64,000 nt of DNA from the human T2T-CHM13v2.0 reference genome, Homo sapiens (GCF_009914755.1 NC_060931.1), one strand, 5' to 3'; shown: positions 24,321-36,610, numbered from the stretch's first letter. The notes: generated from the letters alone by a model not told the origin. Numbers and translations are program-made.

Positions 24321-26218
24321 ACATCATTTTCTAATTAGTTTGTCAGAAGACCACTCTTCTAATTTTCACAAAGATTCCCTACAAGCCAGCAGCAGCCCTG
24401 GAAACAAACCTATTTAATCTGCTGTCCCCTGGAAAAATATTTAAAGGCAGGAATAGCCAAAAGAAGCAGAATCTCATAGGAATTCAGACATAGACCCAAC
24501 CAGGAAGGCACCAAAAAGAAAAAAAAAGAAAAAGAAAAAAAGGCAAGCAAAGAAGTCACAATTAGCGGTAAGAGAAAAACACAGAAACACATTTTGTAGG
24601 TCTCTGAAAATTTTCCATGGTATCAGGTCACCAATTACCAGTCAACTCTTGCCTGGAACAAACAAAAAGAAGTGACCTATCTCTCTTTCCTGCAAAGATC
24701 AGCCTGTAATTTAAGAACAATGTAAAAAAAATCAGAGTGTAGGGCTAAAGGGGTATCTCTTGAAACCTACAAGCAAAAGAAGTCGCCCTTTTTCATTTTG
24801 CTAATTTAATGTGAAAGTGAAATAGGTTCCTTTGCAACCTTGACAGCTAGCTTTCTGGGAAGGTGTCTAATATAGGACATAAAATGGAGACATGAATCGA
24901 TGAGACTCATTAATATTCATAGACAGCAGATTAAGGTTGGTGGAAAAAATTATTTATGAAACGGGGGTATTGTCTTCCTTTCACCAAAAGGATTTTGTTT
25001 AGAGAGGATTGAATTGAGTGACAGGGCTATGACAGATTAGGTATGAATTTGCAGATTTCTTGGTTTATCTCCCAAAGAAACTAAAGCATTTGCAAGCAAA
25101 GAATGTCCTGGGCTGATCACAGTAAACGCTTCAGCACCACGTGCCAGTGGGTGTAATGAGGTGTCTCAAACGTGAGGTTCAGAGGCCACGGTGTGATGGA
25201 AAGCACTTGGGAGGAAATGAAAGAATGGACTGAGAGTGTGGTTATGTAACAAAGGAACAGGCTGAAAGCAAAACAGGGCTTACCTGATGTCAGAGAAAGG
25301 TGAGGGGATGAAACGGGCGATTCCTGTTTAAATGTATACATTGGGGGGATGAGAGAGAGCATAAAATCCAATAACATTGTATGTAATTTACAATTTCTCT
25401 TCTCATATTAAATATGTATTTGTTGTACTGCCTAAGAAGCCTTGTGTTATTTCTGACTGTTGTTCCTATGTGCTATTCTATAATCTAATAAAACAAGAGT
25501 GAAGGCAATGAGTTAAGAAGCAGGCACAGATCCTCAAGTGAACTCTGTGAACAATGCTTTGTACTCACACCGTTGGAGGATTTATTGATAGTTCCTTATC
25601 TGCATAAGCCCTTTCCTCCTTTATCTTTCTGATCCTTTACAGGCTTAGTGGAAATAAGCTGTTGGGATTTGTTGAAATTTTAAAGTGACAGATGAAAATT
25701 CTTTTTTGGAATTCAGCATTGAGAATGGCAGTGTGGGAACGTTGGAAGAGACCTTGAATTGTTCCCAAGGACGTCCGAAATGCCACAGATATTTAAAAGA
25801 AGTTTTCTGTTGGTTGTAATTGAAAAAATTTCAGCCTCCTATGCACAGGCCCAGCTCATTATAGTTTGAATGGTTGCTGTAATGTTGTAAGGATAATTGA
25901 AGAAGGGGAATATTTCATTAAAGACATCTACCCAAAAGGCCTAAATTAGGTAAGATCTCCAAACTAGTTTCTAAATTTTGGGGATACATATAAATGGATA
26001 GGATTGAAAAACACGTGCTGAGGAATTGAATAGGCTAATCTTTGAAAACAGGTCAGTTAGAACTGAGTCAAAGCAGAGACTGATGCAAAACAACGCAGCA
26101 GTGGCTAAAAGGAGGGTGCACAAACATAGTTTGAAAGCTGGGAGAATCCTTAGCCATCGTCTTCCCTAATCTCTTCATTTTGCAAGGGTAGAACCTAAGG
26201 CTGAAAAAGAACTTGGCC

Positions 26219-26630
26219 TGAATGGATCAACCATAAACCACATGTGGTACATCCATACAATGGAATATTATTCTGCCATAAAAAGGAATGAAGTCCTGAC
26301 ATATGCTCCAACAGAAGTGAATCTTGAAGATATCATTCTAGGTGAAAGTAGCAAAACAGAAAAGGCCACATACTATATGGTTCCATTGATGAGAACTGTC
26401 TAGAATAGGCAAATCCCTACAGACAGGAAACAAATTAGTCATTGCCCGGGGCTAGGGCAGGGGGAGTGGAGAGTGATGCTAACAGGGATGGGGTTTCTCT
26501 TTGGGGTAATGAAGTGTTCAGGAATTATATGGTAGTGATGGTTATAAAATCTCGTTAATATACTGAAATCCAGTGAGTGTACACTTTAAGATGGTAAGTT
26601 TTATATTATATGAATTTCATCTCAATTTTC
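26219..26630 (+). mobile_element. L1MB-family 3' end
   Basis: atgtggtacatccatacaatggaatattattctgccataaaaaggaatgaag...tagaataggcaaatcc...gtacactttaagatggtaagttttatattatatgaatttcatctcaat. Confidence 0.9.
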
Positions 26631-27467
26631 TAAATTGTCCAAAAGAAATACATTAAAAGGAGGATTGATCAAAGTTGTTTAGCAAGTACCATACCCCAGG
26701 CCTCCTCGTATGAAAGGGGGCTCTTTCTATTCAGAGACTTTCTTCTCAGACCCATGTTTTTAATGTATAAAATAACATACATGAGATTAAAAAGAAAATC
26801 AGTTATATTAAAATGGAGTTATTAAAATATTTTCATAAAACCAAACTGTGACATAATATATGTATGTGCTTCTCTAATATGTGAGTGAATTCGGCATCAG
26901 TTGTGTGATGTTCATCTAGGGGAAGTTATCCAATGCAGACATTTGGTGTGACTTTTCCTTTTAAAAACAAAACCCCATTGATAATTAGCATCCCACACCC
27001 TACCAGTAAAATGCAGTTTATTAGGAAGCTAGTATGGAGAAAGATATTAACATGTAGAATTACCTCTGAATGGTGATACTGTCTTGTTTAAAATACTATT
27101 AAGCTCTGCTTTTTAATTTACTCAAGCCCCGCAGGTCCTCCCAGAACTAATCTGAACTCACAGTGAAGGTTTCCAGACACCACCAACATCGTAGGTTTTG
27201 ATCTGCTCAGAGCCAAAGGACAAATTGGTTCTCTAACTCTGCGGTTCACATTCCACAGTCCCAGGGAGTCACAGCTGATCATGAGATCAGTTTTCAGGCA
27301 TCTAACCCACAGGTGGCTGCCCTCTAATCTTGAGTTTTAATTGGCTGCCTTTAGTCATTTGCTTCTAATTAGTTAGAAAAGACGACTATCTGATGCAGAC
27401 CAGCAAGGGAATAGGGCTTCTGGCTCTTTCCTTAAGTTGTTCTCCTCCATATGTAATATAGACGAAG

Positions 27468-27841
27468 CAAGTGTAATGTATATGATCTGCATGTGTGTAC
27501 CCATACTCAAGTGAGATGCGTATGATCTGCACGTGCGTGTATCTATACCCAAGTGAGATGTATATGATCCACACGTGCGTGTGTCTATACTCAAGTGAGA
27601 TGCATATGATCCGCACGTGCGTGTGTCTATGCTCAAGTGAGATGTATATGATTTGCACGTGCATGCATCTACACCCAAGTGAGATGTATATGATCTGCAT
27701 GTGCGTGTATCTATACCCAAGTGAGATGCATATGATCTGCACATGTGTATGTCTATACTCAAGTGAGATGCATATGATCCTCAAGTACATGTAGCTATAC
27801 TGAAGTGAGACGCATATGATCTCCATGTGTGTATATCTACT
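27468..27841. repeat. Minisatellite, 9 copies of a 42-bp unit (caagtgagatgYatatgatctgcacgtgcgtgtRtctatacY)
   Basis: Unit starts at 27468, 27508, 27550, 27592, 27634, 27676, 27718, 27760, 27802; end units 40 bp. Confidence 0.97.
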
Positions 27842-29829
27842 CACACACACATAAGTATGAGTCACATATATGTGAGTATACATACATATCCCCATCCACC
27901 TTGTCTCTTTGGACTTGCTCTTGCTTCACTATTCAAAACGGGAAGGAGCAGAGGACCCAGCTTGCTCCTCCTATCTGATGGGTAGTAGCCCAATTTCCTG
28001 ACCCTTAACTCTAAGTCAGGTTACTGGACAATTTAGCTTGGCCCTCTGGCTTCTACTTAACCATTCTCTGGAGTCTTGATTCTTCCAAACAGCCTCATTA
28101 GCAGTGAATTTGATTTCTGATACTTCCAAAGCCTGCCATAATCATGTGTTTTGTGCTTTGGAGCAGGAAGTGCTCCTCCTTCTATCTCCTCTCCCACTTG
28201 CGAGTGTGACGTTCCCTTGGTTTTTGAGGCTTCAGCCAGCTCCACTTAAAGTGCAATCACCTCACTGGGTGCAGTAGGGGGGTGGCTATGACTTCTCATC
28301 TTCTCTACCTCTCATCCAGGGCGGACCTCACTAATTGAATGAACCTGGACCTAGCCTCAGACTCCTTCTGAACACAGTGAATCAATAAAGTCAACACGTG
28401 AGACAAAACTTATTTGCCAACCCTGAATTAAGCCGTTGTCCATGAACAGTGAAGAAGTAAGGTTTTTCCTCACTGACAGACAAGTATCTCCTCGTACAGT
28501 GAAAGGCTGTCCCCACCCACAGCTAACTCATTAAGACCAGCATGTGGACTTCCGCATATAAGTTAAATGCTGCTGGACAACAGCTTCTCTAAAAGCAAAA
28601 CAACATGTTTGAATCGTTGGTTAATATATGTAGGAAGAGCTGGTGCTAGGGAACCACTGGGGAGAGAAGAGCCAGAAGAAAGCTGTCTGTTCCCTGCACA
28701 TTGTGAGATACCCCGCTCCCCTGGCATGACAAGCAGGTCGACACAGCTGCAAGGGTCCCTCTCATTCCCTGCACTGCCTCCTGGCCCCTGCAGTCAGCCC
28801 ACTGAGTCCTCCTGGGCCTGGCAACCTGCTCTCCCTCTTCTCCCTGGACTGCTCCTGCCTTCTCTTTCTGAGCATGATTTGTTCACCTTCACGTGGACCT
28901 TAATCCCTCCAATTTCCCTCATGTCTTCAGATGCCAGCCTTAGTTTTTGAGCACATCAGGCATTGTTTTACCCACTAGCGTTTGATTATATTGTTCCATT
29001 ATAACAGACCTCCCAGTTCCCTCTGCTGTTTCCACCTCTCTTAACAGCATTCCTGCCATCAAATCAGGAAGGCCTCTGGGAGGCTTCCTTGTTGAAGGAA
29101 GTATCCATTTATATTGTTTTACTCAACAATTCAGGTCCCATCTGTCATAGGATGACTTTCCTGGAACCAGACTCTTCTCCAGTCCAAACACATGCCACAG
29201 CCTTACCCTCTGCACCATCAAATTCTTGATTGTCGCATATTTCAGGCAGCAAAAGATCAGCTCCACGGCCAAAAGCAAGCCTGGCAGTGGAATAAGCCTA
29301 TAAACTATGCTGGTCATCTTGGCTGCAGCTCCATCTTCAGCACAGAGATCTCTCTTAACACTACTGCTTCCCAGCACAGGGAAGAGCTTAAGGAATTCAT
29401 CTTCCTCTCTCAGCTCTCACGCAGGCAGGGAGGGGGTACCTGAAGGTGAATTTCTACCCTCAGGTGAAGCCTTCTGGAACACCATTTAGCCTGGAGCCTC
29501 CTGAGCCCCTGAGCCTGTAAGCTTGACTTGGGATCTGAGAATTTGTCTGTGGGATGCAGAAAATACAGCCGTGTGCAGAGCATGGGGTGCCACCTCCCAC
29601 CCCCGTCCCTGCCAGCCCAGAGAGGGAAAGCAAGCTCAAAACAATCAACCAAAGAGATCAATGCCTGTTTCCCAGGCACAGCTTGTAGTAAAAGCTGCAG
29701 CCAAGGGCAAAGGTGCCAGGCAGCTAAGAAGAACATAGCTGATCCTGAGTGTTCACTTTCCTCAGTATCAAATTTTTCATGGTGCCTTTCCCATGGCTAC
29801 TATTCAAACAACCAGAAGACCAGCAGGGC

Positions 29830-30040
29830 CATGGAAATGGTCCTGGCTTTGGAATAAGAGTTGTGTGGGGTCCTGGCTCCTGCACTTGCTGGCAGTGTGA
29901 CCTTAACCAAGTCCTGGGCAGAGCAATCTCAAGGCCCCTCAGTGCCCTGCTGATAAACTGAGGGATCATTACAGCATCCTGTTCTCTGCAGTGGTTATGA
30001 GGTTCTATAGTGCAATGGAGACACACAAGCCAATTATGTA
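29830..30040 (+). mobile_element. MIR fragment
   Basis: ggtcctggctcctgcacttgctggcagtgtgaccttaaccaagtc; gataaactgagggatcattacagca. Confidence 0.55.
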
Positions 30041-30879
30041 CTGTAATTGGCATTACAAAGGTGAAAACTTTTCCTTTCTGTCCTTAATTCAACAGCCTGT
30101 GGTTCTCCAGGGAGAGCTCCTCTGCCCACAGCTTCCCTGCCTGGCTATCTTCAGCATTTGCAGGGGCCACCCAAGGCTGGGAGTGGGGTGCTTGGTGGGT
30201 GAGTGAGGGGTAAGTTCTCCATGCCTCTGTCTCACCCATGCAGATGGATAAGGCGGCTGAAATTAATGACATTCTGAGCCACTGCCATGCTCATCTGCCT
30301 AACAATCCAATTTCTAGGACGTTTTAGAAGTTGTTAGCTGACTGCCAAAAATGAGGATCATTAAAAATAGATTCACAGCTGTTCAGGAAGCCAGAGATAT
30401 AATTTTACCTTCATTATGCCTTATTGCAGATGTTATTGATTTAATCTCATTGCATTTTACTGTGTAATATCAATTTGCACTGTCTTTGACTTGGAAATCG
30501 GGAACTGTATTTATTCTTCTTATTCTCATCATAGCAGAAGATCTGCTTCGACTGACAGCCAAACTGACACCAGGCTCCGAGGCAGTGGCAGCATTTAGGC
30601 CAGGCCCGACAGTGTGGAGTGCAGAGGCAACTTAGTGGAGCTGAGTGAGAGAAAAATAATCTAAATATGGGGCCAGTGCCTCTTTTAGGAGTGTGTCTAT
30701 GCTCACAACTGATTCAAACAAACGAATCAAAATAATCCTTCTGGCTTTGCTTGCATGTCACCAAATAAGTTCGTTTAATAAATCCTTCACTTTTCTGTCA
30801 ATTATTTTATCCTGAAATTTTTACAGTGAAAATGCTAAAATAGAATTTAATCCAAAATAAAATAGGATGCATTAGGATA

Positions 30880-31165
30880 TTATTTTCCAAGAGGTATTTC
30901 TCAGAACACTTGTCACGAGATACTCAATGATTTTTTTTTTTAAGTTTCCAAACTCAAAAAGTTTAGGAAACCCTACCCAATAAATATTCCTTTAAAAATG
31001 TTGTAATATGTGGTAGCGTATTAAAGGTTCCAAGAAGCAAATAAATGTGGTTGACTTTTTTTAATCCAGCATTTCCCAAATGAATTTGAAAAAACATTTA
31101 TTCTCCTCATCCATTAACATCCCTCAGTGCTAGAGTGCCCAGGAACACCCTTTGGGAATCACTGG
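30880..31165 (-). mobile_element. MER103C-like hAT-Charlie element
   Basis: aagtttaggaaaccc; tattaaaggttccaagaag; aatccagcatttcccaaa; attaacatccc...ggaacaccctttgggaatcactg. Confidence 0.65.
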
Positions 31166-31287
31166 TTTAAGATCAATCTGGAAGAAGGAAGGCCAGCTCT
31201 CTGCTAAGGAGTCTTGCATCTTTGTTCACTGCCACTGCTGCCACCATCTTGAATCGACATGAACTGTTCTTGATTTACAAAGATTTG

Positions 31288-31534
31288 GGCCAGGTGCGGT
31301 GGCTCACGCCTGTAATCCCATCACTTTGGGAAGCCAAGGCAGGCAGATCACCTGAGGTCGGGAGTTCAAGACCAGCCAGACCAACAAGGAGAAACCCCAT
31401 CTCTCCTAAAAACACAAAATCAGCCGGGTGTGGTGGCGCATGCCCGTAATCCCAGCTACTCCGGAGGCTGAGGCAGGAGAATCGCTTGAACACCAGGCGG
31501 TGAGCGAAACTCCATCTCAAAAAAAAAAAAAAAA
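31288..31534 (+). mobile_element. AluSp with right-arm internal deletions
   Basis: Sp diagnostics (gaggtcgggag, ggagaaacccc, gcgcatgcc, gagcgaaactcc); TSD caaagatttg at 31278-31287 and 31536-31545. Confidence 0.93.
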
Positions 31535-33484
31535 CCAAAGATTTGGTTCATGGGCTTTTGCACCTCAGTGGCTGCTGGTGCATCCCCCACTCTTTCCCTC
31601 GTTTCAGTGCCTCAGCTTCCAAACTCAGATTCTATACCACTCACTTCCAATCTCCTGCTTCCCCAAAGCCCATGCACAACCCTAGCCCAGAAGAGCGGGG
31701 GCTGTGCTGGCCACATCACCAGGAAGTGCACTGGGGCTCAGAAAGGCACAGCACATTTTTACCAGGTTCAGCCCATATGACAGCAGGGACAAAATTATTC
31801 CAAGTGTGTACTGTTTTTGTAACATTAACAGGCTTCACAGTTTTCAGCAACTCATTTAGTCTTGGTGATCAGTCGACATACCATTCGCTAAAATGTGCAA
31901 CTGTTTCTGTCTATTTTATAAGAGGTTAGAAAGAGCCCTGTGACACCAACACGCGCATTTAAAAGGGTTCCATATGCACCGTTTGGTTTGATGAGCTCAC
32001 ACTCAACGTTTTACCAGCTCCAGTGGACTTCATCCAGGAGGGCATGTCTTGAGGACTTTTACTGCCTTGCAGACTTCATATTACTAGCTTCCAGGCTAGT
32101 GAACAACTATGTGAACCTGATGTATTTACAGCTTTGCCACTTTCTTTTGTTCGATAGAAAACATAACACCTTTGATCATGATGTCTAACATTCGCTGTCA
32201 GTTGGCAAAGAATGTTAAGCAATTGTATGAGCATCTCTCTCCAGCCTTCATCTGCTCTTCTCTGCCCTAATTCGATGATTTCCACCCAGACCCAGCCAGT
32301 GCTCAGTGGTGGCTTAGCATCACTTCTCAGGATCACAGCTGTGGGCAATGGTTTGGGCAGGGGTTAGGTCAGGGACACAGATCCAATATCATTTGGCACT
32401 TATTCCCCGGTATTACTAACCTCCCAAGGCAGGACAACTCGTGCCCCTCATAGATTCTCAGGTACAGGGCCTGGCCTTTTTCTTCTCCACATCTTCCTCA
32501 TGGGGTCTGCTGTGGAGCTCGCTGCCTGTTGCTAATTGACAAGTCAGTGTCTCCCAGCTACTCAGGAACAGAGCCAGAGTTGGATTCGTAGTCTGTCCCC
32601 GGGCAGAGCCAGCAAGTTCTGCTCCAGGGGTGCGATTCTGCCAGGGCAGGCAACTTATTCCTCGGTGTTCAGACTTCATTCTCACAAGAACGCCAGTTGA
32701 GTAACACGGATTGAAAAGTTGGCTGGGGCTCATAACTGCATATTTTGTGCCACTGAGAATTATCTAGAATTTTTTGAAAAGTCATAGTCTATGCATGTAT
32801 GTTCAAGAATTGTGTTTGGAACAGGCAGGGGGCATAAGTTTGTTAATATACTCATAATTTCACTGCTTTTCAGATTGCCAAGAGATCTTTGAGAATGTTT
32901 AGAGGAACTGCCTCATTTTTATAATTAGGAATCCAAACTCCAGAGAGGGGCATAATTCACAGACACACAACTAATTCACTAAATAATTAATAAGACTGAG
33001 AGAAACTCCTCCTTATGCAAATTTAAATAGGAGAATCCATTCCCAGCTCCTTTATTGTTACCTGTTTTTCTTTTCCACTTTCAAGCTATGTTAGATTTTT
33101 GCTGTTCTGATATGATTCAGAATTATGTCTCCTCTTTTAAAATCAAACTAATATGTAATTTCCAATAAAACTGTAAAGAATAAGAGACAATGACAGACCA
33201 ACAAGGAAAACTCAATCTGGACTCATATTTGAATTCCTGAAAAATACTGTGAAAGAAAATACAACTAATTTATGTAATGTAAAGAAAACATACTAACATA
33301 AATAACTAGTTCTACCTCTCTTAGCATACTTTTATAAAGGCAAAATGACAGACCCAGACATATTAAGAAAAGCATAGGAAAATAGAAATACATTTTACAT
33401 CGCTAAAGCTAACCATTACAATTACTACTAAACAAAGGAATAAAAAAACGAAATTAAAAGCAGACATGAAGAAAACTAGCAGAG

Positions 33485-33547
33485 CGGCGCCACCTAGTGT
33501 CCATTTTATGAAAAGCGCCTAACATTTCCTGCGCCCTCCTGTGGTAG
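33485..33547 (-). promoter_or_regulatory. Tandem CTCF motifs (candidate insulator/loop anchor)
   Basis: Minus strand TGGACACTAGGTGGCGCCG (33485-33503) and CTACCACAGGAGGGCGCAG (33529-33547) vs core CCASYAGRKGGCRS. Confidence 0.7.
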
Positions 33548-33924
33548 GATTTAGCCATCGGCCACAGACAAGAAAACAAATTCTATAAACATATGATTTG
33601 ATTTCTTTCCTCTGGAAGGAAGACAGAAAGAGATAGCATCTCAGCATACTTTCTAAGCAAGATATACTTTCATTCACCATAATTAAAACAGAACAACTAC
33701 AAACATACAATTTCCCATTGATCACAGCATCCTTTCTTTGGACATAATTTCAAGTAAACCCCAACCATTAACCTTTCTAAATGAAGTTACATTTTTTTAA
33801 GCCTCTCTGCCCTATGAAATTTTGTTCAGGACAAAATTTTGTGAATACCGTTCCTGTATCAACATTGTGGTAACATTTAAAAAGCAAAATGTAAAGAATT
33901 AATGTAGAAGTAAAGACGAGAGAA

Positions 33925-34340
33925 TTTGAGGCAGAAATTAGAATCATCTTCCACACCTCAGTTTACCTATCTGGAGTGTGGGGATAATTCTAACTCCAGT
34001 GTGCTACCTTTCTTTGGTGGTCGAGGGGAGTTGTCATTGGCAAAATCAAATGGGATTAATGTCCATGGAAGCTATTGAAGAGTAGAAAGTATATGACTTA
34101 CATGAAATAGATATACTTTGTTATTTTTATTAAGAGTTGAAAACTCTAGTGAGACATCAGCACTGGCTGAGTTGAGGACAAATCAGTGAATCAGGAAATT
34201 AGAAGCCCTGAACTAGCCCCACAGCTTCTCCTTGGACTAGTCATTTAAGTCTGGGTAGGGGCCCCTTTGTTCTATAAAATGAGGATATTTTGTGCTATAT
34301 GGCCCATAGTGTCTATTTAGCTCTAAAATCTTAGATTCAA
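33925..34340 (+). mobile_element. Adjacent MIR and MIR3 fragments
   Basis: cctcagtttacctatctggagtgtggggataat; tagtcatttaagtctggg...ttctataaaatgagg...tttagctctaaaatcttagattc. Confidence 0.55.
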
Positions 34341-34639
34341 TAATGCAATTGCTTTCTCCCTGCCTCTGTGCCTGCAAAGACCCTCACTGCCTGTTCTCTG
34401 GATTCTTGCAATATCTTTCTAACACATCTCTCCCAGCTCCAATCAATCTCTGACAGATTAATCAGGGAAGATGAGTATTTCCAACATACATATGAAAGTG
34501 TAAGTTCAGTCATCTCATTGCCCCACTTAAAGGCCCAAAATGACTTCCCATGGCATTTTGGGGGGCAACCAGCTTTTATGGGCATCATCTGCTCTGTGCC
34601 AGGCAGTGTAACTCATGCTTTCTGTGCCCAGTGTCATTC

Positions 34640-34946
34640 CATCCACACAGTGACACCTTAAGATAGACAAGGTATGAACCATTTTCATGAAGGAGGAAGC
34701 TAAGGGTACCAGAGACTCAGAGAAGGACTTCAAGTCTCCCAGTGAGCGAATGCAGAGCCTAGGATGAGAATCCAGGTCTCTGGTGCCAAATGGTGTAGTC
34801 TCTGTGAGTGATTAAGAGGTAGATTTTGGAGCCAGAAATACTGGTGTTGAAATCTGGGCTTTGTCACACACTGTACAACATTGGGAAGTCTCCTGAACTC
34901 TCTATGCCTCAGTTTCCTCATCTGTAAAATGGGGATAATAGAGATA
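34640..34946. mobile_element. Two MIRs in opposite orientation (minus ~34640-34790, plus ~34790-34946); the plus copy resumes after 36177
   Basis: ccattttcatgaaggaggaagctaagg...agaatccaggtctctggtgcc; ctctatgcctcagtttcctcatctgtaaaatggggataata. Confidence 0.75.
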
Positions 34947-36175
34947 ATAATGATGTTTTGGTCAATGACGGACTGCATATATGATGGTGGTCTTACAAGA
35001 TTATAATGGAGCTGAAAAATTCCTATCACCTAGCGACATCATAGCTGTCGTACCGCTGTAGGCATTACTCACACGTTTGTGGCGATGCTTCTGTAAACAA
35101 ACCTACTGAGCTGCTGGTCATGTAAAAGTATAGTGCATACAATTATGTACAGTACATAATACGTGACAATGTCAATCAAAACTATGTTATTAGTTTATGC
35201 ATTTACTATACTATCCTTTTAATTGTTATTTTAGATTATGCATTTACTATACTATCCTTTTAATTGTTATTTTAGATTATGCATTTACTATACTATCCTT
35301 TTAATTGTTATTTTAGAGTGTACTCTATCTACTTATGGTTTTAAAAGTTACCTGTAAACAGCCTCAGGCAGGTCATCTAGGAGGCATTCTAGAAGAAGGC
35401 ACTGTTACCACAGGAGACGACAGCTCCATGGGTGTTCTAGCCCCTGAAGACCTTTCAATGGGATAAGATGTGGGAGTGGAAGGTAGTGATATAAAAAGGA
35501 AATAAATAAATAAATAAACACATTTAAAAATAGAAAAAAGCTTATAGGATGAGAATATAAGGAAAAAATATTTTGTACAGTTACACAATGTATTTGTGTT
35601 TTAAGCTAAGTGTTATTACAAAGGAGTCCAAATTGAAAAGTTTATAAAGCAAAAAAGTTACAGTAAGCTAAGGTTAATTTATTATTGAACAAAGAAAAAG
35701 ATATTTTATAACCTCAGTGTAGCCTGAATGTGCAGTGTTTCTAAAGCCTACAATAGTGCAGTCATGCCCAGGCCTTCACATTCACCCACCACTCACTCAC
35801 TCATGGACCCAGAGCAACCTCCAGTCCTGCAGGCTCCAGTCATGGTAAGTGTCCCATACACTTACCATTGTACCATTTGTTTTAAATCTACTGCTGTATC
35901 TTACTGTGCGTTTTCTATATTTAGATACACAAATACCATGTGTTACAACTGCCTACAGTATTGAGCACAGTATCACGCTGTTCCAGTTTGTAGCCAAGGA
36001 GCAATAGGCTATGCCACACAGCCCAGGGGTGTGGTGGACTCTGTGGTCTAGGTTTGTGTAAATACACTCTGGGTCTAGGTTTGTGTAAATACACTCTATG
36101 ACGTTCACACGGCGTTGAAATCGCTAAACATGCACGTGTCAGAACATTTCCCCGTAGTGACACCTCACGTGACTG
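34947..36175 (+). mobile_element. Tigger3b (MER7B/GOLEM derivative) DNA transposon
   Basis: ggtcaatgacggactgcatatatgatggtggtc..aagattataatggagctgaaaaattcctatcacctag; aaacagcctcaggcaggtc; right end gtgactg; first ~13 bp of left TIR missing. Confidence 0.9.
35195..35317. repeat. Perfect 3 x 41-bp tandem repeat inside Tigger3b
   Basis: ttatgcatttactatactatccttttaattgttattttaga at 35195, 35236, 35277. Confidence 0.98.
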
Positions 36176-36610
36176 CATTGGTACCTCTCTCATAGTGAGT
36201 CAGTGCGTGTTGGACACTGGAACAGCAGGTATCACAAAGCGCTTCCAAAGTGTTTTGTTATCACCACATTTTCTCACGGAACTAGGTAGAAAGATTTTCC
36301 CTTCCCATTGAAGATGCTTCTAAACTTGACTCCAACTTGCCTTCCTGCCTTTTCTTCTACTTCGTAAGAGTTTAACACCTAATCGTTCCTGTCCCCTACC
36401 TCCCACCCCCACCTCAGATACTTCCAAGTGTATACAGTCCTTTGTCCAGGTCTCTGCTTTTGCCGCTACTGCTGGTGTTTCCGCATTCAGAAAGTCCATC
36501 TCCGCCTCGCTACCGACCCCTGGCGGTTAACAGGGTGACCGACGAGTGGCAAGCTTGTAATAAACAGTGGGTGTTGTCGATATTGCGGTCATCAATTATC
36601 AATAGCATTA

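Noticed and set aside
25130-25150. REST/NRSE site
   Set aside because: Left half TTCAGCACCACG is perfect but the right half lacks GGACAG; half-site only
27468-27841. CRISPR-like array
   Set aside because: Contiguous tandem units without unique spacers, no cas genes, primate DNA
27373-27895. Three overlapping ORFs with 14-aa repeats (169, 129, 99 aa)
   Set aside because: Artefact of the 42-bp (divisible by 3) minisatellite, open on both strands
29123-30053. Cluster of overlapping 60-110 aa ORFs
   Set aside because: Open on both strands in moderately GC-rich DNA, no homology recognised, partly MIR
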